Below are positions 1 through 10,737 of a stretch of DNA of 33,282 nucleotides, piece after piece. Every line of letters begins with the position of its first letter. The first letter of the stretch is position 1. The notes under the pieces are model-generated. The model was not told the origin of the DNA. It did no database searches and saw only the letters and a program-made list of their open reading frames with translations. This stretch comes from Trichomonas gallinae. Taxonomy: Eukaryota. The position numbers and the translations under genes were made by a program. The stretch lies in the NCBI GenBank assembly GCA_008369845.1, contig MRSU01009229.1:1-33282 (forward strand). Reading direction: 5' to 3'.

Positions 1-78
1 TATAAAACGTGTCAGGTTCGACGCTACAGTAGAGCCCAAGAACACTCCACCGGGATTTTTTTGATGGGAATCTAGCAT
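1..78 (-). CDS. Possible 5' end of a gene running off the window edge (MLDSHQKNPGGVFLGSTVASNLTRFI...)
   Basis: Minus-strand ATG at 78, open to base 1, GC-richer than flanks. Preceded by AGTGAC-CATTT (M2/Inr-like) and TTTGACA motifs at 160-203. A + strand frame ending at TGA 62-64 is an alternative reading. Confidence 0.4.
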   Translation of the reverse strand, partial: MLDSHQKNPGGVFLGSTVASNLTRFI

Positions 79-291
79 TTAAATGGTCACTATGTGCTCA
101 TTCTATATTATTAATTTACAGAATTTTTAATTGTATTTTTCTGCCGGACAACCTTTATTTTGACATTTGACAGAAATTTGAAGCAAATTTGACATGTGTC
201 AAATATGGTTGCAAAAATATTACTAATGATAGATCACAAACAAGTTTTATACATATATAATAAAATATAAGTACAAATTAGATATAAAGAG

Positions 292-1170
292 TTACTTTTT
301 CAAGCAGAATATCAGAAAGCAAGATAATTCTATTGCAACTCCTAAACTTATGAACATAATGGTCAAATAATTAGTCGCAGTTTCATCAAAGCCTTGAGAT
401 GTTATAACTATTGACTTCCTGCCATTGAATGCAGTTGCATCGTAGTTATTAGTTATCGATATTGTAACATTTGGGCCGGCTAAATAGCCTTCACCGCGTA
501 CAATACCGTACATTTTTCGAAAATTCGGGAATGCCGCCGTATCCATCCAAATTGAGAATCTATGCGAAACGTATTCTGTTGGAAAAACTATTGTATCTTC
601 AAGCCATTTATGACCCTCGTATTTAGCATTCAACGCTCTAACAACTATGCCAGATTTTGAGCAGCCCGTAGGATCGATATTTTGGTATGGAACGAAGTTA
701 AATGTGTCATTGAAGTAAGAAATCGCTTCTACTCCACATGGTAATATCCACTGTGATGGTGAAATGCTATCATTATGAGAACGATATGGAGAGCACATTT
801 TCATACCATCGAAATCAACGTATTTACCTAATAACTGTGCATCTGATCGTGATTTAACTGAATTCCAATGATTTTGATAAAAATTATCAAGCTGGTACAA
901 AATTGCAATCGGATATTTGATGGGTTTTGGTATATTTATAATGAAATCACATGTTTTGCCAAGAGGACAGTAATTACCATACTCTTGTACAACTTCTGTA
1001 GATACAGTTATACCGTATATCATAAAAATTCCTAATGAAATACAGAGAAGTCCAATAGGAATAAAAATTTTGCAATAGAGACCCTTAGTTAGTATAAGAC
1101 GCCTTCCACCATACTTCTTGTCGAGAAGATTCTCTTGGTTCTCGGCAAGTTGTAGCAAAGGGTCGTCCAT
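292..1170 (-). CDS. CDC50: CDC50/LEM3 family P4-ATPase flippase beta subunit
   Basis: Motifs YQLDNFYQNH...SRSDAQLLG, PCG..A...FNDTF, WMDTAAFPNFRKMYG, I.NNY....F.G.KSIV, plus N- and C-terminal TM helices. First ATG at 1170 (ORF track starts at a TTG); Inr-like TCATTTTT about 25 nt upstream. Confidence 0.92.
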   Translation of the reverse strand: MDDPLLQLAENQENLLDKKYGGRRLILTKGLYCKIFIPIGLLCISLGIFMIYGITVSTEVVQEYGNYCPLGKTCDFIINIPKPIKYPIAILYQLDNFYQNHWNSVKSRSDAQLLGKYVDFDGMKMCSPYRSHNDSISPSQWILPCGVEAISYFNDTFNFVPYQNIDPTGCSKSGIVVRALNAKYEGHKWLEDTIVFPTEYVSHRFSIWMDTAAFPNFRKMYGIVRGEGYLAGPNVTISITNNYDATAFNGRKSIVITSQGFDETATNYLTIMFISLGVAIELSCFLIFCLKK

Positions 1171-1921
1171 AGAAAATTTTAATCTTATTGTAAGCAAAAA
1201 TGATTTCTTACGGAAATTATTGCTTATTACAGTATTTTGGTGATATTGTTTCGAAAAGTGGATATTTTACAACAGCTAAAAATAACGATGCACTATGTTA
1301 TCTTATTGCAGAAATGCATCGAATTTTCAACTGACTTTTTGTTCATTCAAATATTTTGAATCATCTCTGTGAATTGTCACAATTATTTGAATGAACTCGC
1401 TGAAATATGACAAAAAATCTTAAACCAAAAATGACACTTTACATGTCAAATTTGACATATAAAGTTCGCCTTTTTTAGTTCAATTCTTATTTCTATTTGC
1501 ACTATTCGCGACTTTAAGTACCTAGTTCAAAAAGTTGTGTTTATTATGAAATCGCAAATTTTCTCAATCAAATATCTACAGAAATTAATATTTTCCCTTG
1601 AAATTTAGTGCAAAAGGACAATAAATCGACATATGGCTTTGAATGAATGAAGAATCTTTATTTTGCTTTACGTAAACATCGAAAAATTAATTCCTACGGA
1701 GTTTATCTTTTATGCATGTGTATTGCCGTAATATTTCGAATATACAGCATTATTTGCAAGAAAATACGGTTGATATCAAACTTTTTATTTTGCCGACTAA
1801 AGAATTCGAATCCGATATGTATAATCAATCGAATTTTCTTTTCCAAAAAGCTTTTTATGGATTAAGAGTATAATTGAATAAAGTCAGTTGCTTTCAAAAT
1901 TCCCATTTAACTGTGCCCTCG

Positions 1922-3025
1922 ATTTATCTTTTGTTCTTGATTTGTTGTCACTCAATCCAATTCCTACACAAAGACGAGCCCTCAATTGTTGTTTGGAAGC
2001 AGTTTTATGAAGGCGACTTTGAAGGTGACCCAAACAACTGGATTAGTCCTGGAGATCATCCTGAAAAGGCTAATTATTTCGCATACATGTGTAACTTTAT
2101 TGACTCTCAAGAATGTCCCATCTATTTTCTAAGTTCATCGTCACCAGAAGAAATCAAATTTTTACATTCTGGATGCTTATTCGAGAGAATTTCTCATAAT
2201 GTTCAATACCAAATTTCAGCATCTCCAGGATGCGTTTTATTCTTTTGCGAAGGTAATATTGTCCAGCATAAGGCAACGGCCAAAAACATTCAAGAAGATG
2301 AGCCCGAAAATCAAGAAGAAAACAAATGTGATGGATTTTATATGAAGCAGCAAAAAAAAACAAATTATGGAGTAATAACAGAATGTTCTATTTCTGCCTC
2401 TGGAAACACACAAACTCGTTCAATAATTTATGATGAAGGAAAATATAACCTGAACTTAACACATACGAATTTTAGTCGAAATAAAGCTCTCACTACTCCA
2501 TCTTTTTACATTTACAAAAATAATCGAGAAGCTCGACACTTTATTAAATATTGCAATATGAATGAAAATACTATTACAATGACTTCTATTTTCTGGATCA
2601 TGTCATGTCATTTTTATGTTTTCAAATGTAACATTATTGATACTACTGTTACACATCCTGATCCTCTACAGTCATATTTAATAATATATGGTATAGAAGA
2701 TTTCATGAGCGGATATGATACTTTTTTTGTAATTGATCAATGTTTTGTGTATGGCAATCCTGATTCGATATATACAATTGGTGGTTTAGGGTTATTGAAT
2801 GTAATGAATTCTTATTTTGATAATTGTAAGGCGGCACCTGCTCAAATGGGCAGTTTGGTTTCATTTTACAATACAATAACTAATACATCAAGAGTTAATA
2901 TTTTACAGATTCAGAAAGGAAATAAATGTAATCAAGAAACATGTCAAGATCTTTATCAGGCAAAATACTTGCATTCTATGATCACAAATCATGGAATAAG
3001 TTTGTTTTTCATCTTAAATCATTAA
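1922..3025 (+). CDS. Hypothetical secreted/surface protein, Cys/Asn-rich, possibly beta-helix-like; start codon abnormal
   Basis: Long open frame ending in TAAA, with a hydrophobic C-terminal tip. Signal-peptide-like IYLLFLICCHS begins at ATT 1922, but the first in-frame ATG is at 2087. Confidence 0.6.
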   Translation: MYLLFLICCHSIQFLHKDEPSIVVWKQFYEGDFEGDPNNWISPGDHPEKANYFAYMCNFIDSQECPIYFLSSSSPEEIKFLHSGCLFERISHNVQYQISASPGCVLFFCEGNIVQHKATAKNIQEDEPENQEENKCDGFYMKQQKKTNYGVITECSISASGNTQTRSIIYDEGKYNLNLTHTNFSRNKALTTPSFYIYKNNREARHFIKYCNMNENTITMTSIFWIMSCHFYVFKCNIIDTTVTHPDPLQSYLIIYGIEDFMSGYDTFFVIDQCFVYGNPDSIYTIGGLGLLNVMNSYFDNCKAAPAQMGSLVSFYNTITNTSRVNILQIQKGNKCNQETCQDLYQAKYLHSMITNHGISLFFILNH

Positions 3026-3171
3026 AATTCTTTTTTATTTCAACAACAGAATGTTCCCTTTCTCGAATCGCAATAAAAATTGTGCAAATATTAATGATAT
3101 TAATGCGTTCATTTGTTAATTTATTCAGTGCTTAATATTCATTATTTAGTTTTAAAAAGTTCATTAATTAA

Positions 3172-3417
3172 CTTATTCATATATGCTTCAGCAGAGATAT
3201 AAGTTACACTGAAACTCCATTGAAATATGCAATTAAAAAGAAAAACGAAGAAATGGTTGAGTTACTTATTAATCATGGAGCAAATATCAATCAGCTGCTA
3301 AATATTCATGGATATACATATCGTCCACTTACAATTGCTAAGAATCGAAAGTATTCTAACCCAAAAATTGTTAACCTATTACTCCAACATGGGGCAACTG
3401 AATACAATAATGAGTGA
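3172..3417 (+). pseudogene. Ankyrin-repeat gene fragment (about 2 repeats)
   Basis: ETPLKYAIKKKNEEMVELLINHGANIN and RPLTIAK...KIVNLLLQHGA match the ankyrin consensus. In-frame stop at 3169 and no ATG before the first repeat. Confidence 0.75.
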
Positions 3418-3739
3418 CAAATGAATTTTTTAATAACAATGAATTACAAATTAAGTATATTATATTTAAACATAGTATGCTCCTTAATGCAAATGATTAA
3501 ACCTATTAAAATGAGGGAAAGAATATTTCAATAAACATCAAAAAATTAATCAATGATAATGAAATAATTCGTGATTCAAAATTGTTCATATCTCGTTATT
3601 AATAGATTGTTTCTAACATTTACTTTTATTTTAATAATAAAAAAAAACAAAACTTGATGAAAAAAGTCATTCATTTTCGAATTTTTTCCAAATGATGAAA
3701 CTCAAAAAATATAAATGATATAAAATATATATACAACAT

Positions 3740-6064
3740 TTATAATAGGAGCTGATCTGAAAGAGCGCTGCGTGTGGATATTTTATGACGTTTCCTGCAT
3801 TGAATAACCAATATGACAATAACTACGATAATTGCAATAATAATGCCACAAATAATTAATATACCCCAGACAGACTTAATGAACGCGTTCTTGTGAGAAT
3901 TGTTAGAGTCAGAAGATGTTTGAACACCTTCTGGAACTGGACAATAATCATTCAACGGCACAGTGAACTTCTGTGATTCATCATAAATCAAAGGAACAAC
4001 CATTGTTCTGCATGGATCAGCATCTATAACAGTCTCTGGCACAGCAACAAGCAAAACTTTAGACAACTGTGAAGTTGAGATGTTCAAGAATTTATTCTTA
4101 TTTATATTCTCTGAGTCCCACTTATATATTGGCGAATGGTCCTCGAAATCAATCATACTGAAAATATATTTTTCATCGGGCAACAATTTTTCATTTACAT
4201 CTTTAAGTTCGACTGCTAACTGCAATATTTCATCATTCTTTATCTTACCATAAGGCTCTGGCTTTAAAAATGACGAATTAGTATTTTCATTATTAACTAA
4301 AATTGTTTTCGATGAAATAACTGTATGTTCATGATTGTGTAAACTCAACGCGAATTCTTTTTTGTTCTTAAACAAGCAAGGAACAGTAAAATTGAAATCA
4401 GTGTCTGTTGCAGAGAAGCGAATTTCTTGGCTCCAATTTGTTTCGACATCTGTTAGATATATATAATAATGCTGATCAATAATTTTGATAACATTTCCAC
4501 TAATTTGTTCACCGCATTTGAATTCTGTTTGATTCAAATTAAATTTAAAGAAGACTGCTTGGTTATTTAATGGATAAGTTGATGCTTTTTGTTCAAAACT
4601 GTTTTGTGCTGGAATTTCAAATTCACTGTCTATAATTTCGAAAACTAATTCAGCAAAATTGATATAATTATCGTAAAAAGAAGAATCAATGAATGTCACC
4701 GTCCAATTTCCAGTTGGATTCTCCCCGAAAAAGCATCTAGCCAATAACTGAACTGGCTCGTCAACAAAATATTGATCTTTTTCAATTTTATCCAAAAAAT
4801 TAAAATCTGGTCTTTTGAGTTCTATTTTTGTTCCTCGCGGACTCTGCAGGTATATTCTGAGCATAGAAATATCAGGATTTGTAGTGTTAAATCTAAGCAT
4901 CACATTCTCAAGAAAAGTTTTTGAATTTGTGTTGATATTAAAGTTAATTTCGATTTTTCCATTTCTCGCGAAAGGAATTTTGATTTTTTCTTTCTTCGCT
5001 TCCGATTTTATTATTTTTGGTGTTGGAATTTTAGAATTTGACCATTCTTTAGCAAGTTTAGCTGCAGCTGATATGTTCACTCTCCCGAATCCGTAGAATG
5101 GATTGAAACGAAAACCGGCGGCATTTTTAATCCAATGTGGATTTGTTGGATCGTTTTTCGTCGCAGAAAGAAGCAAAATCCACTGAATGTCTCTATATGA
5201 TAAACTTGGGTTCGCGTTCAATAATAAGCTGACTGAGCCGGCCAGAATTCCTGCTTCGAATGGTAAGAATCTTTGACTTGCAATTTGCGAATTATCAAAT
5301 GATGATGCGATGTCTATATATGGTTCATCAGACAAAAATTTTTCGGATGATGGAGCTGAAACAAGTGTTGCATAGCTGTGCTGTGAATGTTTAGTTGGGC
5401 CACCTCTGTTACTTGAAGCGCCGACTTGAATAATTTCGGGATAATTTATTAATATTGATGGATGATCGGAAATGTAGGCTGTTGGTACAATAACTACTGA
5501 TCCATGGTATTTTCTACCAAGTTTAACTATATTTGAAACGTAATCTTGTACTTCTTGATTATATCTAAAATAATAATATTTTCTCCACGGCATGTTGCAA
5601 TTTGACATCGTATTTACTATAATATCATCATACTGAGCATTGTAATAAAGTTTGTGTAAATAATCGTGCATGTTATCATCCGAAAATGATGGAATTGTAA
5701 TAGAAAACTTTGCTTTAGGTGCAACACCGAGAATATCTTCATTTAGTCTGCATGCTAAAGCTGGTGATACGATTGAAGTTCCTTTTATATTATCATTTTT
5801 GTCTTTCGATAAATAATTTTTCGAATTTTCTCTGAAATTGTATGAAATATCATCCATGAATCTATCCTCGAATGCTATATGTGTAGTACGACATCCAGGA
5901 ATGATGAATCGCATGGATATATTATTTCCATAAATATTTTCTTTCCATACAGGCAAAATATCAAGATCCTCACCTTCTATGCCACTTTGTTCGCCAATGT
6001 TCTTGAGGAAAAACTGGTATTTGTCGTATTGGAAAGAAAATATAAAAAATAAAATAAAAAACAT
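3740..6064 (-). CDS. Kexin/furin-like subtilisin (S8) protein with P domain and C-terminal TM helix; catalytic residues degenerate
   Basis: Signal peptide MFFILFFIFSF; GVAPKAK; LLLNANPSLSYRDIQWILLLSA; W..NAAG.RFNP.YGFG; P domain LRIYLQSPRGT...FFGENPTGNWTV; TM near the C-terminus. AAAGTGAC about 10 nt before ATG 6064. Confidence 0.88.
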   Translation of the reverse strand: MFFILFFIFSFQYDKYQFFLKNIGEQSGIEGEDLDILPVWKENIYGNNISMRFIIPGCRTTHIAFEDRFMDDISYNFRENSKNYLSKDKNDNIKGTSIVSPALACRLNEDILGVAPKAKFSITIPSFSDDNMHDYLHKLYYNAQYDDIIVNTMSNCNMPWRKYYYFRYNQEVQDYVSNIVKLGRKYHGSVVIVPTAYISDHPSILINYPEIIQVGASSNRGGPTKHSQHSYATLVSAPSSEKFLSDEPYIDIASSFDNSQIASQRFLPFEAGILAGSVSLLLNANPSLSYRDIQWILLLSATKNDPTNPHWIKNAAGFRFNPFYGFGRVNISAAAKLAKEWSNSKIPTPKIIKSEAKKEKIKIPFARNGKIEINFNINTNSKTFLENVMLRFNTTNPDISMLRIYLQSPRGTKIELKRPDFNFLDKIEKDQYFVDEPVQLLARCFFGENPTGNWTVTFIDSSFYDNYINFAELVFEIIDSEFEIPAQNSFEQKASTYPLNNQAVFFKFNLNQTEFKCGEQISGNVIKIIDQHYYIYLTDVETNWSQEIRFSATDTDFNFTVPCLFKNKKEFALSLHNHEHTVISSKTILVNNENTNSSFLKPEPYGKIKNDEILQLAVELKDVNEKLLPDEKYIFSMIDFEDHSPIYKWDSENINKNKFLNISTSQLSKVLLVAVPETVIDADPCRTMVVPLIYDESQKFTVPLNDYCPVPEGVQTSSDSNNSHKNAFIKSVWGILIICGIIIAIIVVIVILVIQCRKRHKISTRSALSDQLLL

Positions 6065-6597
6065 TTGAGAAATGTCACTTTTATTGTAATTATTGAATCG
6101 AAGCCAACTACTATAATGAATAAACAATGAAATTTTTAAAAAAATACAACGATTTTACAAAAAAATATTATCAAAATCAAAAAATTTATAATTAGAGCAT
6201 TTTAACTAAATCAATCTCATGTAATCTGTGAATTCTTATGACACAATAATGTAATCATGCTCAAATTGATAAATTATATTTTTGTATTAAAATTTTTGTA
6301 TTTGCTTTTATTAAACATTATGAACATATAAACTAGGTCCAAAAGAATTATTTTTGATTGTTTACAATTGAATATTTAATTTTTTTGAATTTGATTAATA
6401 TTGAACATGATGCTTAATATACAATCGAGTTTCTGGATGTAACTCTAGAAAACAAAAACTTATTTCTAAAAGAAACACTGAAAATAAAGTATTTATTTTT
6501 TTTTTTTAATATCTTAGCCAGTTGAAGACCTTTAAATTAGAATAGAAAAATGTATAGATTAATATAGAATTTTTTTGTCTAAATAATAAAAAAAAGT

Positions 6598-9500
6598 TTA
6601 GCTGAAGTATAGTGATGCTGCGAAGATGATATCTCTCTTGATAGCTTCGATTGCCTGGTTGAACTTCTCTGAGAGCTCAACGTATCCGATTAACTTAGAT
6701 GCTGTCATGAATGACTTAAGGAGTTCGTTCGTCATCAAAATTACTCTGACGAGTTGTCCTTCGAGGATGTCGCCGGCGTATCTCATGACTTCGATGAAGT
6801 CCTCTCCCTGCGCCCACTTGTAGACAGCCATGACAGCAGCTGGGTTGACGTAGTAGTAAACGAAATCGTCCTGGATGTCGATCTGGTGGTCTTCCATTTC
6901 TAGCTGGAGGTTTTCTGCAACTTCGTACATGATCTGAACCTTTTCCTTGAATTTCTCTGGAACATCCTCGAGTGGATCTGGTTCTCCTTCATCGTCGCCT
7001 TTCGCCTTCCTCTTTCCTGCACGCTGTGCGACTAAAACGCTTGACAAAGCAGCGATAGACGGCGGATCGAGATCGTTGAAGAAAGATGATGTGAGTAACT
7101 CTGTTGCGATGAATTCGTTTGTTGAGCCGATTTCAACAGAAACTCTTCCCTTCATTTGGATGACCCCTTCATCGGATATATATCCGTGTTCCTTCAAAAT
7201 CGATGTCATTGACTTAAGTGTAGGCATGAAGGCGAGATTTGAGTCGTCCATTTCTCCCAGCAAAGTATTTCTCTGTCTGATTGTGTTGATGTGCGAGATC
7301 GACGGTCCATAGTGCTCTGTCTTGGAGACGCATGCAAAGCATGGGTGTCCTAATATAGTCTCCCAGCCTTTCATCAACCTTATATAAGCTTCGTGGAATT
7401 CCATTGTTTTGACGTTGAACTCTTTCATGTAATCGATTACCTCCAAAGATTGTGGACTTGGGAACTGTGACAAATTTAATGTGCCGGATACTTTGTTCTT
7501 GAAGATGATCAACACCTTGTCGACTGACGTGCTGCAGTTGGCTCCGTTTGCCATTCTCATTGAAACTGAAGAACCCTTGGCTTCATTGACGATGCCTAAT
7601 TCTCCGCCGAAGTTTGACGTGAAGATAATCTGGCCTTGCTTCAAATGGCGTCTTATGTCTGCGCCGTGATGTATCAAAGATTTAGTCTGCTTCTCCATGT
7701 CGGCAATAATGAGCGCGTAATTCAATGCGACGCCGATTTCTTTCTGCTCGATCACTTCACCGATGTCTTCTATGTCGCCAACATAATCTGCCGAAGCGTC
7801 TGGAATCGATGCCTTGATCGTGCAGTCCATCTGCGTGAACGATTTGATCATCTCCTCCAAACTGTTCATCTTCTGCTTCTTTTCTGGAAGTTTTGACTGT
7901 ACTTTGTGTGCTGACAAAGATCTCTTCATCAAGTCGATCATTTCCATGCCTTGAGTCTTGACCAAGTTCAAGATCATGTTGAACCTGATGTAGAACTGGC
8001 TGTTGAGATTTTCTACGACACCGCTGAACAACTGCTTGAGCTGTTCTTCTTCTGGAAATTCTTTCATGATCATAAGGATCGCGTTGCCTTCAGAATCCAA
8101 GCCTCTTCGACCAGCTCTACCACTCATCTGTACATATTCTGTTGGCGTGAGCGGCTGGACCTCCTTGCCGTTGAATTTAGTGAGAGATGTGAACGCGCAT
8201 GACCTGGCTGGAACGTTGATGCCCATGGCGAAAGTTGAAGTGCAGAAGAGGACTTTGACATAACCATCTGCAAGCAAAATTTCAACGCATTCTTTGAGGA
8301 TGGGCAGCATACCTCCGTGGTGGATGCCGATGCCGTTGAGAAGGAGGTCGTGGATCTGCTTGACTTGCGGGAGCTGTCTGTCCTGTGGCTTCAGCCTGGA
8401 AATTGCCTGGTTGAAGAATCTTTCAACGTGAGCACTTTGTTTGTCGTCGATGAGCTTTTCGTTCCTGACGAAGCCGGCGAACTGGCCACAGTTCTTGATG
8501 GAGAATGAGAACATGAGGACTGGCAATAAATCTTTCTCTTTGAATGTCCTGATAGCTTTTTGCCAGTATTGAGGTTGGAACATAGGATTATTGATTTTTC
8601 CTTTGCTCTGCTTACCCTCAAACTTATCCTTGACGCGTTTGTATGCAAGTGAGTCGAAATTCTTCTGCGGTTGCTTGAGAACAGATACTTGATTCGCAGC
8701 AAATACGGAATGGACGAGTGGAACTGGACGTGTTGTATGTCTTTCGACATACACTGTGGCATTCTTCGTTCTTCCGATCCATCTTGCGATATCTGTATCA
8801 TTAGGAATTGTAGCTGATAAGAAAACCATGTTGATCTTCGGTGGCATGAGAATAATACTTTCCTCCCAGACGACACCACGTTCGTCATCGGCAATATAAT
8901 GACATTCATCGAAAATTACTACATCAACATCGTGAAGTAAATCTGCGTCACGATATAGCATGGATCTGAGAATTTCTGTTGTCATGATGAGAACAGAAGC
9001 TTCACGGTTAAGAGAAACATCACCTGTCAAAATACCAACATCTGAAAATTCCTTTGAGAGATCTCTGAACTTTTGGTTAGATAAGGCTTTGATAGGTGAT
9101 GTATAGATCGCGCGCATTTTGTGCTGTCTTGCAAGAGCGATAGCATATTGAGCAACAACTGTTTTACCAGCGGATGTTGGCGCTGAAACGAAGACCATCT
9201 GCTTGTTTTCGAGTCTATACATTGATCTGATCTGGAAATCATCGCATTTGAACTTGAATTCGTAAGCTGGATGTGGAACTTCTTGGTTGAACAGTTTTGT
9301 GTCCCAGTTATCATGGATAGCATAATCAACGACCTTTTCTTGCTCTTCTGACTCTTCTGGAGTCTTGTAAACATTTGATGGCTCGATTTCTGGAAGATCT
9401 GGAAGTGGCTCAAGAACTTCATCTTCAGCAACAGTAGAATCGAATGGAGTAGTAAGCAAATTCATGCCTGTTTCTAATGCTGATAAATAATTCGAAAAAT

Positions 9501-9864
9501 CTTTTTCTTGAAGTTTTGTTGCTTTTCTGTTGCTATTGCCTTGTAAGTAGTCATCTATGTCTCTTACTGGTCTAACTAAGGCTGGATTGTCAGTAGATAA
9601 AGTAGAAATTGGAATATCTTGATAATCTATTAATTTTCCTGTCAATAAATCGAAAACTGGTTGAATTTCCATTGTTGGAAGTGTCGGCTCGAACTCTAAG
9701 CAGCCTGGAGTGATTTTCTCTGGCTCTGGACGAAAATCTCCAAGACTAGCATACTGCAATGGGCCGATTTCGAATGGTATATCTGATAGGCTTGGTCCAT
9801 ATATCGTTTTCTCTGTTTCTTGGGCAATGCGGTCAAATTCTTCACGTAATTCTTGTGGAATCAT
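6598..9864 (-). CDS. SKI2: Ski2-like DExH RNA helicase (exosome cofactor)
   Basis: SAPTSAGKTVVAQYAIALA, YTSPIKALSNQKFRD, FDECHY, LSAT, QMSGRAGRRG, DSHCT end IKRDIIFAASLY. The N-terminal extension and YAIALA..H/KFRD favour Ski2 over Mtr4. Confidence 0.9.
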   Translation of the reverse strand: MIPQELREEFDRIAQETEKTIYGPSLSDIPFEIGPLQYASLGDFRPEPEKITPGCLEFEPTLPTMEIQPVFDLLTGKLIDYQDIPISTLSTDNPALVRPVRDIDDYLQGNSNRKATKLQEKDFSNYLSALETGMNLLTTPFDSTVAEDEVLEPLPDLPEIEPSNVYKTPEESEEQEKVVDYAIHDNWDTKLFNQEVPHPAYEFKFKCDDFQIRSMYRLENKQMVFVSAPTSAGKTVVAQYAIALARQHKMRAIYTSPIKALSNQKFRDLSKEFSDVGILTGDVSLNREASVLIMTTEILRSMLYRDADLLHDVDVVIFDECHYIADDERGVVWEESIILMPPKINMVFLSATIPNDTDIARWIGRTKNATVYVERHTTRPVPLVHSVFAANQVSVLKQPQKNFDSLAYKRVKDKFEGKQSKGKINNPMFQPQYWQKAIRTFKEKDLLPVLMFSFSIKNCGQFAGFVRNEKLIDDKQSAHVERFFNQAISRLKPQDRQLPQVKQIHDLLLNGIGIHHGGMLPILKECVEILLADGYVKVLFCTSTFAMGINVPARSCAFTSLTKFNGKEVQPLTPTEYVQMSGRAGRRGLDSEGNAILMIMKEFPEEEQLKQLFSGVVENLNSQFYIRFNMILNLVKTQGMEMIDLMKRSLSAHKVQSKLPEKKQKMNSLEEMIKSFTQMDCTIKASIPDASADYVGDIEDIGEVIEQKEIGVALNYALIIADMEKQTKSLIHHGADIRRHLKQGQIIFTSNFGGELGIVNEAKGSSVSMRMANGANCSTSVDKVLIIFKNKVSGTLNLSQFPSPQSLEVIDYMKEFNVKTMEFHEAYIRLMKGWETILGHPCFACVSKTEHYGPSISHINTIRQRNTLLGEMDDSNLAFMPTLKSMTSILKEHGYISDEGVIQMKGRVSVEIGSTNEFIATELLTSSFFNDLDPPSIAALSSVLVAQRAGKRKAKGDDEGEPDPLEDVPEKFKEKVQIMYEVAENLQLEMEDHQIDIQDDFVYYYVNPAAVMAVYKWAQGEDFIEVMRYAGDILEGQLVRVILMTNELLKSFMTASKLIGYVELSEKFNQAIEAIKRDIIFAASLYFS

Positions 9865-10207
9865 AATAATTTTAAAAAAATTTGACTGATGTCACTTTTG
9901 ATATAATTTAGGGGTTGATTCATGAAGACCCCTTATTAAATTTAGTTTTTAACTTTTTTGACTATAATTAATCATTATATAAATGGTTTCACTTTTTACA
10001 ATATAACATTGATTAAATATTAAGAATTTTAACAAAAAGCATGATACGCAATATCCTTGAAGTCCACAATAATGGCTGCTGTTGATTCACGAATTAAATC
10101 AATGAGCCATTGTTAAATATTATATTTAGAAGAATTAGCTGAGTCTCGACCAAACAACAGCAGAATCATGATTTGAAAAATCTTAACAATGGTCATTATT
10201 CATTATA

Positions 10208-10471
10208 TTACCATCTCTGGACTTTAATGTTGCAATCTATTCTAGGAACTGTGAGAAGTAATTTGAATACATCATGATGACCATAAAATGAAGCACACAT
10301 CAAAGCTGTTTCGTTGCAATTGCCTTTTGCATTGACATCTATTCCAGGAACTGTAAGAAGGAGTTTGACAACTTCATGATGGCCATTTGCTGAAGACCAA
10401 ATAAAAGCTGTATATTTGCTGTTACAGCTTTTTGTATTGACATCAATTCCAGGAATAGGGTGGTGATCCAA
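10208..10471 (-). pseudogene. Ankyrin-repeat gene fragment
   Basis: Two near-duplicate repeats PGIDVN.K....TA..W/C.S..GHH.V.KLLLTVP. The frame has only a TTG start and is truncated. Confidence 0.8.
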
Positions 10472-10737
10472 TATGATAACTTATATCGATATCAACACAC
10501 GAAATTCGAATATAATTGATAGAAGAAATTAACGTGTGTAGCACATTAAGATATATAGAAAATTGACAAAAAAATTAAAATTATTTAAGATTAACTATGT
10601 GGTTCATGATGTGGGGTTCTCTGCTATTGTGTTATTTGATAGAAAACCTTTAAATTTGAGATTTTATTTTTTTGCGAAGAATTTGTAAACGTATACAAAA
10701 AAATAGGGCTATAAAAATAAATTAAGGGGGAAGTATA

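Noticed and set aside
12..60. tRNA-like GGTTCGA
   Set aside because: No T-stem or cloverleaf can be formed; better explained as coding sequence.
1647..1865. Short AT-rich ORFs (1647, 2941, 11562, 11706, 15047, 15362, 22019, 29311, 32159)
   Set aside because: Mostly F/I/K/N-rich translations typical of random intergenic DNA, with no domains.
6626..9431. Many alternative-frame and antisense ORFs inside SKI2 (likewise in PFK, ORC5, cullin, WD40 and the 844-aa gene)
   Set aside because: Expected by-products of codon usage in real genes.
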